NCBI RefSeq assembly: GCF_018977255.1
Contig: NW_024704743.1
Span: forward strand, 46,192,001 to 46,256,000
Origin: Callorhinchus milii
Lineage: Eukaryota
Reading direction: 5' to 3'
Length of the DNA: 64,000 bases
Made by a program: the position numbers and the translations under genes. This document shows positions 38,415 through 51,055 of the stretch, piece after piece (the stretch's first letter is position 1; each line of letters starts with the position of its first letter). The notes beneath the pieces are model-generated. The model made no database searches. It saw nothing but the letters and a program-made list of their open reading frames with translations, and was not told the origin of the DNA.

Positions 38415-39575
38415 AACATTTATTCAGTTGTCCTTTTTCTATGATTTCTTGGTCTGATCGATTTCTTATCTTTACATACTTGACAGTACAAGTTTAGAGT
38501 AGCTGACATTCGGCAAATCAAGTTAAATTGCCGAATCAGTGTCTCAGCTTCAACTGAATTTATCAAATGAACCTTGGGTACATCCGATCCATAAACCAGA
38601 ATATGAAGCATTGCATTTTCTACTCTTCAAAGCTGCAAACATTGCTTAATAAGATAGACCAACAGGACAAAACTTTCACATTCACTGAGGCAGGAGAAAA
38701 GGTTGCAAGGTCAAGGATGTGAAGGGTAAGTGTAGGACAAACACCAGAAAGGATTTCTTTGCACAGAGCAGCTGGAACAGATCAGGAAGGGAAGTGAAAC
38801 CTAGAATATTGGATTCATTTAAGAAGCAGCTTGATGTAAAAGCAGTAAACTTGGTATTCTGTATTTATGTGATGAAATGGACTATCGAGGTCTTCCTCAG
38901 ATTGCTTCTTGTGAAATAGGCATGACCGCCCACAGAATTGCATCTCAGCATTTTGTGAAAGATTTTCTTACAAGAGCTGTAAATAATGCACATCAGTAAA
39001 TGTTGCACTTAGGGAAATAACTTTTAGGAAATTTATGCAAATAAGTATAAGTAAGAGTCGGATAACAAGTTACGAAAGGGTTTTGAGTTATATCCAATGT
39101 CTAAGACGAGTTACTTCATGCAGAAAATCCATAGATTTTCTTTAGAATAGGAATGTACTGTTTATAATATCGCTACAAAGTTTTCAAGACACATTGGAAA
39201 GAGGAGTTTGCAAGATGGATTTTGTATTGTGTTGTATTGCTTACTGTACCATTTGTTAAATTGTCACTTCTGCTGTGTTTATCAATTTTTATTCTATTCG
39301 GTCTAATATCATGAAAGCTGCTAAGAATGGTAGATAGTTATATTATGGAAGACCTACGGTACTTCTAAATTGGAAAGTTAGCTTGTCTTGGCTAAAAATA
39401 AATGAAGGCACTCACACAAGGACTGATTGAACTGTTTCTCATCAATATTTACCTGTTAAACATTTATTCTGTTTGTCCTTTTTCTATGATTTATTGGTCT
39501 GATTGATTACTTATTTTTCTGTACTTGACAGTACAGATTTGAAGTTGCTAGGGATCGGCAAATCAAGTTAAAATG
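38415..39575. repeat. Dispersed direct duplication of ~115 bp (38415-38530 and 39459-39575)
   Basis: Shared blocks aacatttattc, ttgtcctttttctatgattt, ttggtctgat, tacttgacagtaca and tcggcaaatcaagttaaa. Confidence 0.9.
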
Positions 39576-39699
39576 ACAAATTATTCAAACCAGAAGCAAT
39601 GCCTCAAATCAACAACAACAAATTACATTTGTATAGCTCCTTTCATATCGGGAGAATGTGCTCAGCCTTCTATTCAATCCATGCTAGATCCTGCTAGAT

Positions 39700-40135
39700 C
39701 AAGGTATTGGTAGTCCATTTCCTGAGCCAGGTGGATCCGCAGTATTCCAGGGCACTTCTGATGACAGCACAGCCAGCCTGGCTCATCGGCAGGACCTGGA
39801 AGGGCAGACCCAGTCACTGGGGGCAGGGAGTCATCTCACTTAGCTCCTGTTAACCAAGCAAACCAAAGCCCTAACGGGTAGGATGATCCAAGCTGGACAA
39901 GCAGCGGGAAAGCTTGCCAGACAGCAATATCAATGGAAGCTATGCGGTTTTAGCAGGTTAGACTCCAGCAGCACCCCAGTGCACACTCTGGGGTCCCCAA
40001 GCCTTGGTTCTTGCCCACCTGCACCTAATATTTTCTGTAATTAGGTAAGCAGGATGTGTCCCTTCAGGGATAAGGCACATTCTGTTCCAACAATCTATCT
40101 CTGGGATTTCCATGTGTGGGTGGGATGCGTGGAAT
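39700..40135 (-). repeat. Family U, longest copy
   Basis: Collinear with 4320-4600, 12060-12180 and 30870-31020. Confidence 0.75.
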
Positions 40136-40854
40136 TCTCAATTGGGTTTAGATACTCTTACAAAAACAACTTGCACTTATATACTGCCCTCCACGCAGGG
40201 AAGTGTCCCAGAGCGCTTAGCAGTGGCAGAGCCTGACTCCGAGCCGGGTGGGGGGAGGTGACCGTACGCACGATTAAAAAGGAAGGTTTTTAAGTGGGAC
40301 TTGAAAAAAGGGAGAGAGGGGGCTAGGCGGAGGGATTTAAAGAAAGTGAGGGATTGAGGGATACTGTTAAGCATGGTGATGAGTTTCGGCTGACCAAAAA
40401 AAAATCCTTGCTTAATGACTCCTTGAATGCGCTGCATCCGAACCTTAACCTCAATAGAGATAAGTGCTTTCGGACTGATAGACAACAATTATAGGCTTTA
40501 CAGATTAGCAAAAACATAATAGGTGTTACCACACCGTATGGTTTTGAATAATGGAGCTAATCCTTTTCCAGCTGATATGCAAAGCTTTTCTAGTTGATGT
40601 GTAAAGCCAATTTGTCAGCCTGGCTCAGTTGGTAGCACTCTCACCTCTCTGAGGGTTGTAGTTTGAAGGATTTTGATCTCATGGTCCAGGCTTACACTCT
40701 AATGCAAAGCTAGTAGAGTGCTAAGGAAATTCTATCAGAATCGAGTTAACTCTCTGTGGTGATCTCAGTAGTCCAGTTCTTGAGCCAGGCGGGTCCACAG
40801 TACTCCAGGGTACTGCTGATGACAGCCCAACCAGCTTAGCTCATCGGTAGGACT

Positions 40855-41086
40855 TTCTCTTTGACCGTGCCTTCAGCTCCCCTCTCGACTCTCTTCCCCC
40901 TCCTCGCTCCCTCCCTTCCCTCCCCTCACCCTGACCATTTCCCCGCTCCTCGCTCCCTCCCTTCCCTCCCCTCACCCTGACCATTTCCCCCCTGCTCGGG
41001 TCATGACCCAACTGTGCAGCGCCTTGGGACGTCCTCCTGACGTGAAAGGCGCTTTATAAATGGAATCTTGTTGTTGTTGTTGTTGT
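40855..41086 (+). mobile_element. Young L2 3' end with an internal 45-bp tandem duplication, inserted in a family U copy (40740-41170)
   Basis: Intact tail gcgccttgggacgtcctcctgacgtgaaaggcgc...(TTG)n; the unit at 40900-40944 repeats at 40946-40990. Confidence 0.88.
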
Positions 41087-41299
41087 TCGAGGGCAGACCA
41101 GTCATTCTTCAACTCAGCTCCTGCAAACTAAAATACTATGGTTAGGGTGGTCCTAGCTGGACAGCAGCCGGATAGATTCCTGTGAAGCCTCATGCTATTT
41201 GAAGCGTCTGTTTGTAATCTGGATGTTCTATGGACATGTGAAAATGGTTTCAACCTTGATGTGGAGTTGGTTTATATAAAAAAGGAGCATGATGCAATA

Positions 41300-41705
41300 T
41301 AATGCAATTTATATAGTGCCTTGCATATTGGGAGGACCCCCACGGCTCTTAACAATACTGGCATGAACCCGAGCCGCGGGTGGGAACCAAGGGGGCAAGA
41401 AGGGGAAACATAATTGAAAGCTGGTGAAAAAGATAGGGCTTGAGACGACAGTCCTTGAATGAGGTGTGAGAGGGAGCAAATTGAAGGGACTCTGGGATGT
41501 CTGCTGAGCTGAGGGACGCAGCTGTGTCAGTAGGGTTTGAGGAGCTTATAGAGGCAGTGTGGGACGAGTCTGTGCAGTGATTGAAAAGTGAGAACTTCAT
41601 CCACTGGGGGATGGGAAACCAATAGAGCCAAGCGAGGATGGTGGTGATAGGCTTGAGGAGTCTGATGTGAGAAAAGACATGAGCTACAGAGTTCTGATGA
41701 ACATT
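41300..41705 (-). mobile_element. Decayed L2 3' fragment
   Basis: Antisense tail and C-terminal L2 sequence. Confidence 0.75.
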
Positions 41706-43199
41706 TTACAAGCAACAAATAACCAATTTTCTAATCTCTAGGGTTTGTAGATATTCTATAACCTAATAAATATTTTGAATGTACAGAGAAATAAAATGTA
41801 TTGATGCGTTTCAAAACTTCTTTCTCATAGACCATTTCCAAGCTGGCATTTACAAGTTGTTTAGGGTTAAAGGGGCCTTAATGGGATTTGGTTATTTTAG
41901 TCATTGTAAAACACATCCACGTTTGGTTGATGTGGTCTTGTTCCTACCTTCTATGCTTCCTGACTTGGCTTCAGTGGTCTCCTGCTGCCTATTACACCTC
42001 TCAGCTTGGCTCCAGTGTTTCCTCTGCCACCTGCTATTCTTCCTGAAATAAAAAAAACAGAAACAATAAGCAGGCAGACATAACAGGCATCAGGAAAACA
42101 ATGAAAACTAGAATGTGGTCTTTACAGTTACAAACAAAATAAAACTGAAATAAAATAGAAATAATCATTCAAAAAGCATGAAGAAGTTAGCAATATTTTT
42201 GATCGTCCCCTAGTGAAGAAAACTCTCCTTCATGGACATTATCCTCTTCGTTATTTATAACACTTTGTCTGTTTACTGATCTCACTTTCAGCACCGCATG
42301 AAAAGTTAGCCCTGGCATCTGACACAAGAAACAAGTTGGCTAATTCTCACCAAAGGATGCCTCTGCTAAAAGTATTTTGCCCAAAATTTATCCCAGCTGT
42401 TCAACTGGTGGCACCTTTGCTGCTGCACAGATCCCAATTTTAGTGCTCTATTGGGCTATCTCAACCTGAAAAGTTTCTAAAACTGTGCCACAATAATTCT
42501 CTACCTGATCGCTCCAAGACATCCGTTATCTCTCTAATCACTTGCAGGGGTCTTTTTTACCCACGTAATTACCGCCAGATAGCCATTATATCCGTTCTTT
42601 ACTTTGGATCCCCCTTCCCCACCACCAATAAATAAATTTGGTCACTTAATCCATGACTGTTTGTGAGACACTACCGTGTGCAATTGGCTGCCGCATTTTG
42701 CCCACAAAATACAGTTAATTATTAATATTGAATCACTTTAGTATCCATTACACTCCCAGGTACTATTTGGCTTTTTGAATCAAATTAATTCCAATCCCTT
42801 TGTTCTAACATCTCCCGGATCAAGTATTCATGCCTTGAATGCCCAATACCATTGTATATTGTTCAAAATCTATAAGAACAATCAGTTGCTGTGATTTTAC
42901 TTCATTGTAATTACTTGCCTATTTTGTAATTGGAGTTTGAGAGTGCCAATTGAATATAGCAGCAGGATAAACCTTCATCCGAAGTTCTTGTAGCAACAAC
43001 TTGCTTTCTTTAGCGCCCTTTAAGTAGGATTATGTCTCAGAGTGCTTGAAGTATTGTACATCTGCTTCCTATTTGTGACATATTGCTATTTTCAGCTGTC
43101 TTTGGTGATTGGGAAATGTGCTGCAGAATAGTTTTTCTGTTACATTTGTTTTCATTGCACTTTAAATTTTGTGTGTTCAGTTATATTAAGATCATGACA

Positions 43200-43453
43200 G
43201 TGGAATCCTGTAGCATAATGGTGAGAGCACGTGCCTTGTACGTGAGAGGACCTGGGTTTGATTCCTGGATAGAATGAAACATTAGCCACGTTTTCTTACT
43301 CCACTTGCCTCTATTTACCTAGCAGTAAGTAGGAACTTGGTTGTTAGTCTATTGGCAGATCACTTTCCCGGGTGTAATTAATACTCTGTGAAGCACTTTG
43401 AGAAGTCTCAAAGACATGACAAGGTGCTATATCAAAACATGCAAGTATTATTA
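43200..43453 (+). mobile_element. tRNA-SINE, long subtype with core deleted
   Basis: ggaatcctgtagcataatggtgagagcac head, tttacctagcagtaagtagg segment, tail. Confidence 0.8.
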
Positions 43454-45329
43454 TCTGTAGATTGGATCCATTGGCTGTTAATAGCACCCTGGAATTTGAC
43501 AGAATCATTTGGTAACTGGTAGCATTCAGTTTTATAGATAACTTGAGGCAAGTGGTATTTGTGCTTGTAAAGTGCTTTTGCATATTCATAACACTGTGCA
43601 CATGATTTTACTCCCAAAACCTCATATTTCTTCAAACACTTTGGGTCACTAGTGAGGGTGGGAGCTTAATGAAGGCAGTGTTTCAGGTAGTGGAATCACA
43701 GCTTGAATTTCATTTCAAAAGAAAAGCCCATTGTCCACATTTTCAGTGCTAGAGTATAAACAAACTCATCCAGTGACTCTATCACCCTTATTTATACACA
43801 TTGAAGTACCTCTTTGACTGCACTTTTGGTCTTCTTTCCACTCCCCACCTTCTTGGGCTCCCATACCCCAGCTCAGGTGCACAGCCAGCAGTGCCAAGCG
43901 CTTTGCGATGTCCTCCAGATGTGAAAGGTGCATTGTAAATATAAATTGTATATTACATCTGCTGGAGCTCTAAGAAGTAACAACCACATTAATTTATTAT
44001 CCTTTTAAATAATACTACTGAAGACAAGCTCAGCATTAGTTGCAATATATAAAAATGAATTCCTTAAATTTCTGCATTGGTGAATTTGGGATTCATAAAG
44101 CAGGATATCTGCTTTTTAAATCAAAACACATCAGAAACGAGACTGTAGCTCCCTGATGCCTGGTGAGCACTGGGCCTTACTGGACTGGGGCAGTAGTCGG
44201 GATACTGCAACTGGCTTCAGTATGCCTGCTTTAAGAAGGGGTGAGGCGAAATCTGCCATCATTTCTACACCTGATCCCTGTGCAGCGAATTCAGTTGGAG
44301 GGTAAAAATTAGTATAGGAGGAAATTAGGAGAGAGAAACACAATGAAATGACTGTGCAATTCATTGTTCTTTAAATATGCCAACAAGGTGTTCAGCATCA
44401 AATACAGTGGCTGCACTAGCAGATACAATACAATTTATATTTATAGGTGGGGGAGGACTTCTCAAAGCACTTGACACTGCTGGCTGGGCACCTGAGCTGG
44501 GGTGTGGGAACCCAAGTATAAGTGTTCACAAACCAGATTTATAATGCACTACAATTCAATTTACACTTACATAGGGCCATTCATGTTGGGAAGATGACAA
44601 TACCAAAATGGGTGACAATTCTTTCTGGGCACCAGAGCTGAGAGGGGTGAGGAGGGATAAGACGATGGAAAGCACAGTCAGGACAAAGAAGTTTTGTCCT
44701 GAGATATACTTTGACAGAGTTTTGTTGCGTTGCTGAGAATTCCAGTTTGTACGTGTTGGATTCCGAAATTTGGACTGGCAAATCACCAACCCTAAGCAAG
44801 CAAAGTCACAAGAATGCCAGCAAAAAATATCAATAAAGTCACAATTAACATAGCAAATTTGTATTGCAAATATGGTGCTTTATCCCCATTATCTTTATGA
44901 CTTGCCACTGCTCTTATTACTATTCTACCAATGTTGCTTATGCATAATGACCTAGTGCTGTGGCCCTTGCTATATTTGTGATCTAATTATTCACTGGCAG
45001 ACCAGCAGCTAAACATGCTCACAGCACTATGAAACCGAATGAAGAGAAAAGATTCTCGTTACTGATAACAGGGTGGCTTTCAAAGGTTAATATTTTACTG
45101 GTTTGTTGAATGTGGGATATTTAAAGACTTGCACCCAGCAATCATAGTACTGAGCCTTATATTTCATATAAAATATTAAACAAAAATGAACTTGCATTTG
45201 TATTATGATTTATCAAGTTGAAAACTCTAAAAGCATATCACAAGTAATTATTGTGAAGTTAGTGGCTGTTGGTAAATGTGGTAATCATTTTGCACACTTT
45301 TATGCGACCAGGGCTCCCTCTGCCTTATC

Positions 45330-45890
45330 CGCTTGGTTCCAAGCCTGACTTCACTTTCCACTTTGTCTCCTCCTGCCCTTGTATGGTCACCTGTGGAATA
45401 CTTGAGCGCTCTATCCTCCGCCTCCTCGTTTTCCTCATCTACATGCTCCCTTTTGAAAATGACATCCCCAGACATGGGTTTAACTTCTACATGTATACAT
45501 GCTTTTCCACTTCCACTTTAGATTCCAGGTCCATTGATGTTCTGCCTGATTACTGTAAAGCTGAGCCAAAATTTTCTGCAACCAAACATGAACAATACGG
45601 AAGCCATTCCCCTCAACCACTGTCACCATCTCATTTCAGGTTCTGACCTCCTCAAACTCCCTAACCTCTCTCTTATACTCACTGAAGCAGTGCACAGTCT
45701 TAGGTTTGATCCTCAGTTCTCCTTTTTTCCCTCACAGATGGCCTCTGACAAACAATGCATTCCTTCACTTCAGCCACATTGCCTGTCCGTATCTCCCACT
45801 CAATTCCACTGAAACCTTAAACCATGTCTTTGTTACTGGACTTTTTGAATGCTGGGTTCCCCAGCTCCACCATTCATGAATTAATATTCA
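45330..45890 (+). mobile_element. Decayed L2 RT and C-terminal fragment
   Basis: FLIYMLPF...HGFNFYMY. Confidence 0.7.
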
Positions 45891-45957
45891 TCTTACTGAA
45901 TCCTTTCATAATTCAAACACCTCTGGTAGATCCCCTCCTCAATTATCTTCTCTCCAG

Positions 45958-46580
45958 GAACAACAACAAAATCATATTTGCATACCGCCTTTCGTATCGG
46001 GAGGACGTCCCAAAGCTCTGGACAATCAGTGTTTCGGACCTAAGCTAAAGGTCGGGATTGGGGAGGGTGGAGGGCAGGGGTGGGAAGGAGGGTGATCAAA
46101 AGCATGGTCAAAGAGGAGGGTCTTGAGACGGGTCTTGAAGGAGGCAAGGGAGTGGGCGAGGCGGAGGGAATGTGGGATGGAGTTCCAGAGGGTGGAGGCA
46201 AAGTGGCTGAAGGTCCGCTCACCAATGGAGGGGCGGGCCAGGCGGGGGATGTGAAGCAGGCCGGAACCCCTGAACGGAGGGAGCGGGCAGGTTGGTAGGG
46301 GTTTAGGAGGTGGCAAAGGTCGGGGGAATGAGGCCATGGAGGACTTTGAAGGTGAGGACCAGGATCTTGAACTGTATCCTCTGTGTGATGGGAAGCCAGT
46401 GGAGTCGGGTGAGGATGGGGGTGATTGGGTCACGGAGCCTGTTGTGGGAGAGGACACGGACTGCAGAGTTCTGGATGATCTGCAGCTTATGGAGGGAGGA
46501 GTTGGGGAGGTCGACAAGCAAGGAGCTTGCTTAGTCAAGCCTGGATGTTATGAATGCGTGCGTGAATGAAGGTTTCAGCG
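45958..46580 (-). mobile_element. Relatively young L2 3' fragment
   Basis: ORFs 46303-46521 (LQIIQNSAVRVL...ITPILTRLHWLPITQRIQFKIL) and 46026-46538; (CAA)n tail. Confidence 0.93.
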
Positions 46581-47034
46581 TGTATGAGAATGGAAGAAAA
46601 GCTCTAACCTATCCAATCTTTCTTGATAACTGTACCCACATTTTGAGAGTCAATCACTGCTGATGAGGACCCAATAGATTGGAAGCAAGCAGCGTTCCCA
46701 AGTGCGTGCTCATTGTTATGAAATGTTATGATCCAACATTATTTTTAATTTTTTTGATCTATTCTTAATCCATTGATGCCAGTGTTAAACAATGATATGA
46801 ATCACTCTCACTGCCATCAATTATTAAACTTCAGAAAAGGCTTTGTGTCATCCACAGCTCTAGTATATATGAATTGTGCATTCTCTCCCTCTCTTAGCTC
46901 CCTTATTAAGAAACTTTGGTGATCTAACTATTCAACCGTTAATGACTGATTGCTACAATACACATCGTTATCCGATTGCAACATCTCCTGCAGAAAGCAA
47001 TAAATTTAAAAGAAATCAATGGATTTAAATTATT

Positions 47035-47345
47035 TATAATAATCCTTGCATTTGATATACTGCCTTATTACCCAGTCAAGACATCTAAAATCGCTTCACG
47101 TGAGTTATACTGTGAAGTGCAGTAACTGGATATTTGTAGATAAAAGAAGTAGTTAATCTGTTCACAGCAATGTTCCACAAACAGCTATGAAGTGAGTGGT
47201 CAAATTTATCTTGGGATTGTTGGCCAGGGCATGGAAGAAATTTCCTTTCTTTTTTAAATAGTGTAATGGGATCTGTAACATCCATCTGAACAGGCATACA
47301 AGACCTTGGCTTAACATCTCATTCAAAAGATGGCATTCCATTGCA
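47035..47345 (-). mobile_element. Older DeuSINE
   Basis: Antisense tail plus Deu domain (ttggccagggca...ccttggcttaacatctcattcaaaagatggca). Confidence 0.8.
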
Positions 47346-47435
47346 GGGTAATTGTAAAATTATTTAGCTAAGATTGCATTAGCACAGCAATGAAGTAGAA
47401 AAAATAATCCCAAATCTTTGGATTGAATTATAAAA

Positions 47436-47771
47436 TTAATAATCATTGCATTTGATATAGCGCCTTATAACGTCTTCAAGACTTCTCAAAATACTTCACA
47501 AAATATACTGTAAGGTGAATTGATTGTATATTTTGTGGGTGAAACGAGTCAATTGCACACCGCAGTGTTCCACAAACAGTCGTGGATTGAGTGACCAAAT
47601 TATTTTTAAGGGATTATTAGCCCCCAGAAAAGCGATACTCCAACAACCAGGTTCCTACTTACTGCAAGGTAAACAGAAGCTTGTGGAATAAGGAAACTTG
47701 CCTAACATTTCGCCCTGCCAGGAATCAAATCCAGGTCCTCTCGCTTGTGAGGCATTAAGTTACAGGACTCC
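47436..47771 (-). mobile_element. tRNA-Deu-L2 SINE, long subtype
   Basis: Antisense head (ctcgcttgtgaggc...tacaggactcc), core and tail. Confidence 0.9.
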
Positions 47772-48179
47772 ACAAGGTTTGTGAAGTGACAGAAATCAGC
47801 AGAAATAGTTCTGTATCGTCAGTCACTCTTTGCGGGATGTTTAACAGCAAAAAATTACATTTGTATAGGGCCTTTCACGTCAGGAGGACGTCCCAAAGTG
47901 CATTCAGATGGGACAGTAGGTACAATAGATTAAAGCATCAATTTGGATTCATTTGATTTAAATATAGGGGGTCGGGAATGCTTTAGTCGATAAGAATATG
48001 CCTGTGGTTGATAGGGGGTGATGGGACACATTTCAGGGTGAAAGAGGAAAAGGAATGTGTTAACGGACAAAATCAAATATTTTTAAAATTGCACAGTGAA
48101 CATTAGAATGAAATGTGAACACAGCCAATGAAAATATTGACATTGCTGGCAGCATTAAAACACAGTGTTAGTGGACAGT

Positions 48180-48520
48180 AACCATGAAGTGGGGGCCGAG
48201 AGGTTAGGAAATGTTTCACAAGGTGAGATCTACAAAGCAAGTCAGAGAAGTGACATTATCGATAAGGGAAATTACAACTCTCTTGTGAGGGGAGATATAA
48301 TGGCCAAAGCCAATGGAACTGTAGCAATCTGAGTAGATATTTGTAATAACAAATTCAACAAAATGGTAATTAGCAATTGCTACTGACCTCCAGCTCAAAC
48401 TGTAGATACAGAGCTGATTGGGCAAGTGAGGGAGCCAACAGGAATTGTAATGCGATAAGGGATTTCAATTTCCCAGAAATTATCAAATCAGGGACAACTG
48501 GAAAGGAAGGGCAATAAATA
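48180..48520 (+). mobile_element. CR1 APE-endonuclease fossil
   Basis: ISNCY*PP...IVM..GDFNFPEI motifs (with a frameshift). Confidence 0.7.
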
Positions 48521-49682
48521 TTATGGAAGTTATAATTAACTAATTAATATAATTGTATATTTATGTCCCACATCATTTGGACATAGGGAATAGAGGGGTA
48601 TGGAGGGCAAAGCATATTATAGTTTAGAGGAGATTAGGAGGGTGTCTCATGTGGAGTATAAACATAGGCACAGACTAGGTAGATCAAATGTCTGTGTCTG
48701 TGTTGTATCACTCCATGTAATCCTATGTCACACTATCTATTCTGTGAACTGCCCTTCTCAATCTCACCATTGCTCTTCCCAACCATGATCATATCTTGAA
48801 CACTTTTTGACAATTTTCTGCTTACATTGTAAACTGGAGCCTTCCTTTGTAAAAGTCACAATGAAGATTGCAGCTCTCCTCTGCCTGAACCACACACTTG
48901 AACAGATACAGACTGAAGCTGCAATGCTTCACTGAGAAATAATAAAATACATCATGTTCTGCAGAGTGTATTTGAATATCAAATGTCACTCTGAAGTGAA
49001 TACCATTAAAATGCATTTGGATCTGATGGATAACTTTCAAACTAAACTGAGAGTTCCACATGTGTGTATGCCACCTACATATGGAAGGTTCCCTATGTCT
49101 AGAATTGAATGCATGCTCTCCATGGAAGGACATACCCTGCTTACTTAATTCCAGTATAATAATACCTTCACATTTGGTTCGGCACCTTTCATGTCCTAAA
49201 CTGCATCACAGGAATATACTGTAAATTATAGTGACTGTGTAAGTTTGAGAAATTGAGAAAAACCAAGATTTGGGGACCACAGATGACTTGCTCCTTCCAA
49301 GTCCTGTGAATGAACCAGGCTGTCTGGTCTCTGATCAGGAGTGCCCTAGAGTACTGTGGACCAAGGAACCGGACTACCGAGACTGCCACAGAAAGTTGAC
49401 TTGATTCTTACATTCTGTTGGCAAGCATATTATCTTAGACTTAGTTTAGCAATTTCAATCTCTCAGCAATCTCTCAGAATACACAAGAATACAAAGGAAT
49501 TGAGGGACAAAAGAAGATCTTTAAACCCCACTGCACCACAAACCATCTTATAGCATCAAGCATCTTAAATGCTTCACTTAAAATCAAATGCAATGATTGC
49601 AGGCTAACATGGCAGTTGTTTGCATCAGCAAAGTTCCACAAATACCCATGGAGTTACAGGACCACTGAGCTACAGGACTCGT

Positions 49683-50018
49683 GGAGTCCTGTAGCTCAGA
49701 GTCCTGTAGCTCAGTGGTTAGAGCACTCGCTTTGCAAGTGAGAGACCTGAGTTCAATTCCAGGCAGGGCGAAACCTTGGGCAAGTTTCCTTACTCCACAC
49801 AGAGCCTGATAATAATCCCTCCAGAAACCAAAAACAATAATAAATTGGTCATTTTCAATCTACGACTGTTTGGGGACATTGCTGTGTGCAATTGGCTGCC
49901 GCGTTCGCCCACAAATATACAGTCAATTCACTTCACAGTGTGTTCTGTGAAGCGCTTTGGGACGTCCTCCCGACGTGAAAAGCGCTATATCAAATGCAAG
50001 GATTATTATTATTATTAT
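49683..50018 (+). mobile_element. Young full-length tRNA-SINE (Ala-TGC head, short subtype) with a duplicated 5' end, inserted in an older antisense DeuSINE
   Basis: Near-identical to 6057-6380; A and B boxes intact. Confidence 0.95.
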
Positions 50019-50159
50019 GAGGTGAACAACTAATTAATCTTGAGGATTTTTGGGCAGGACATGGGGAGACACTCTCTTTCTTGCATTGGTGTCATAGGAT
50101 CATTTTTGTCCATCTGAAACGGTCTAGTTGGACCTCGGTTTAACATCTCATCACAAAAT

Positions 50160-50535
50160 TACAGGACTGGTTTGGATAAAGAAGTCCCTTCGATCCATCT
50201 GATCTCATCTCTCCAGAACACCCACTGTTGTGTTCTCCTATCACGTATTGAGCTGCTTTTTTAATAAATCCAACCACCTTTGTGGCAACTTGTTCCAATC
50301 ATTATTTACTCTCCGGGTAAAGAAATATTTCCTGATGTCTGTCCTAAAATTGCTTTTTGCAAATCCAAACCTATGACCCCTTGTTATACTGACTTGATGC
50401 ATGCTAAAGTGTTGTTCGGGGTTTACGTTTTCAATCCCATTTAAAATATTATCCACTTCTATGAGGTCCTCTCTAAGTTGTCTTCTCTCAAGACCGAAGA
50501 GCCCTAGCACGTTTAATCAATGCTCATAGTTCAAT
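50160..50535 (-). mobile_element. CR1 3' fragment
   Basis: ORF 50241-50510 LGLFGLERRQLREDLIEV...TRGH...FFTRRVNNDWNKLP. Confidence 0.88.
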
Positions 50536-51027
50536 CCAAAAGACCGTACAATGCAGTGCTTCCCCAAATAGATTGTTTATCAGTAGCTGATACAATCTGT
50601 GAAGGTTCTTGAGCACAGCTACTGCCATTGTGACTCAGTGTAACATTTTAATATGTGTACCTGACACATTAGAAGGCTGCAGTCCATTATTTGAAGATAT
50701 GTTATCTGTAATATTTGTAAATGTAAACTAATCAACCAGTGACCTCCATGACTTTGGAGTCACTGGTAAATACATTATCCCAACAAAATCCATTTAACTT
50801 TCAGATGAATAATTGAGAAATAATCACAGACTGTCGGACACAATTTATCCTTTATTACCTTCTGAAAGATGTATCCGCCATATATTTGCAACATGTTGTG
50901 GACTAAATGAGGTTTGATGCTGTGTTTTGCAGTATCAAATGGTTTTAGATTTCATTCCAGCATTATGGATTTTCGACGCTTTTCAATGAAACCTTCAAAA
51001 CTGAACCTGAAGCAATAAAAGCAATAA

Positions 51028-51055
51028 AGTGTGTGTGTGTTTGTGTGTGTGTGTG
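51028..51055. repeat. (GT)n microsatellite followed by a G-rich tract
   Basis: gtgtgtgtgtgtttgtgtgtgtgtgtg. Confidence 0.9.
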
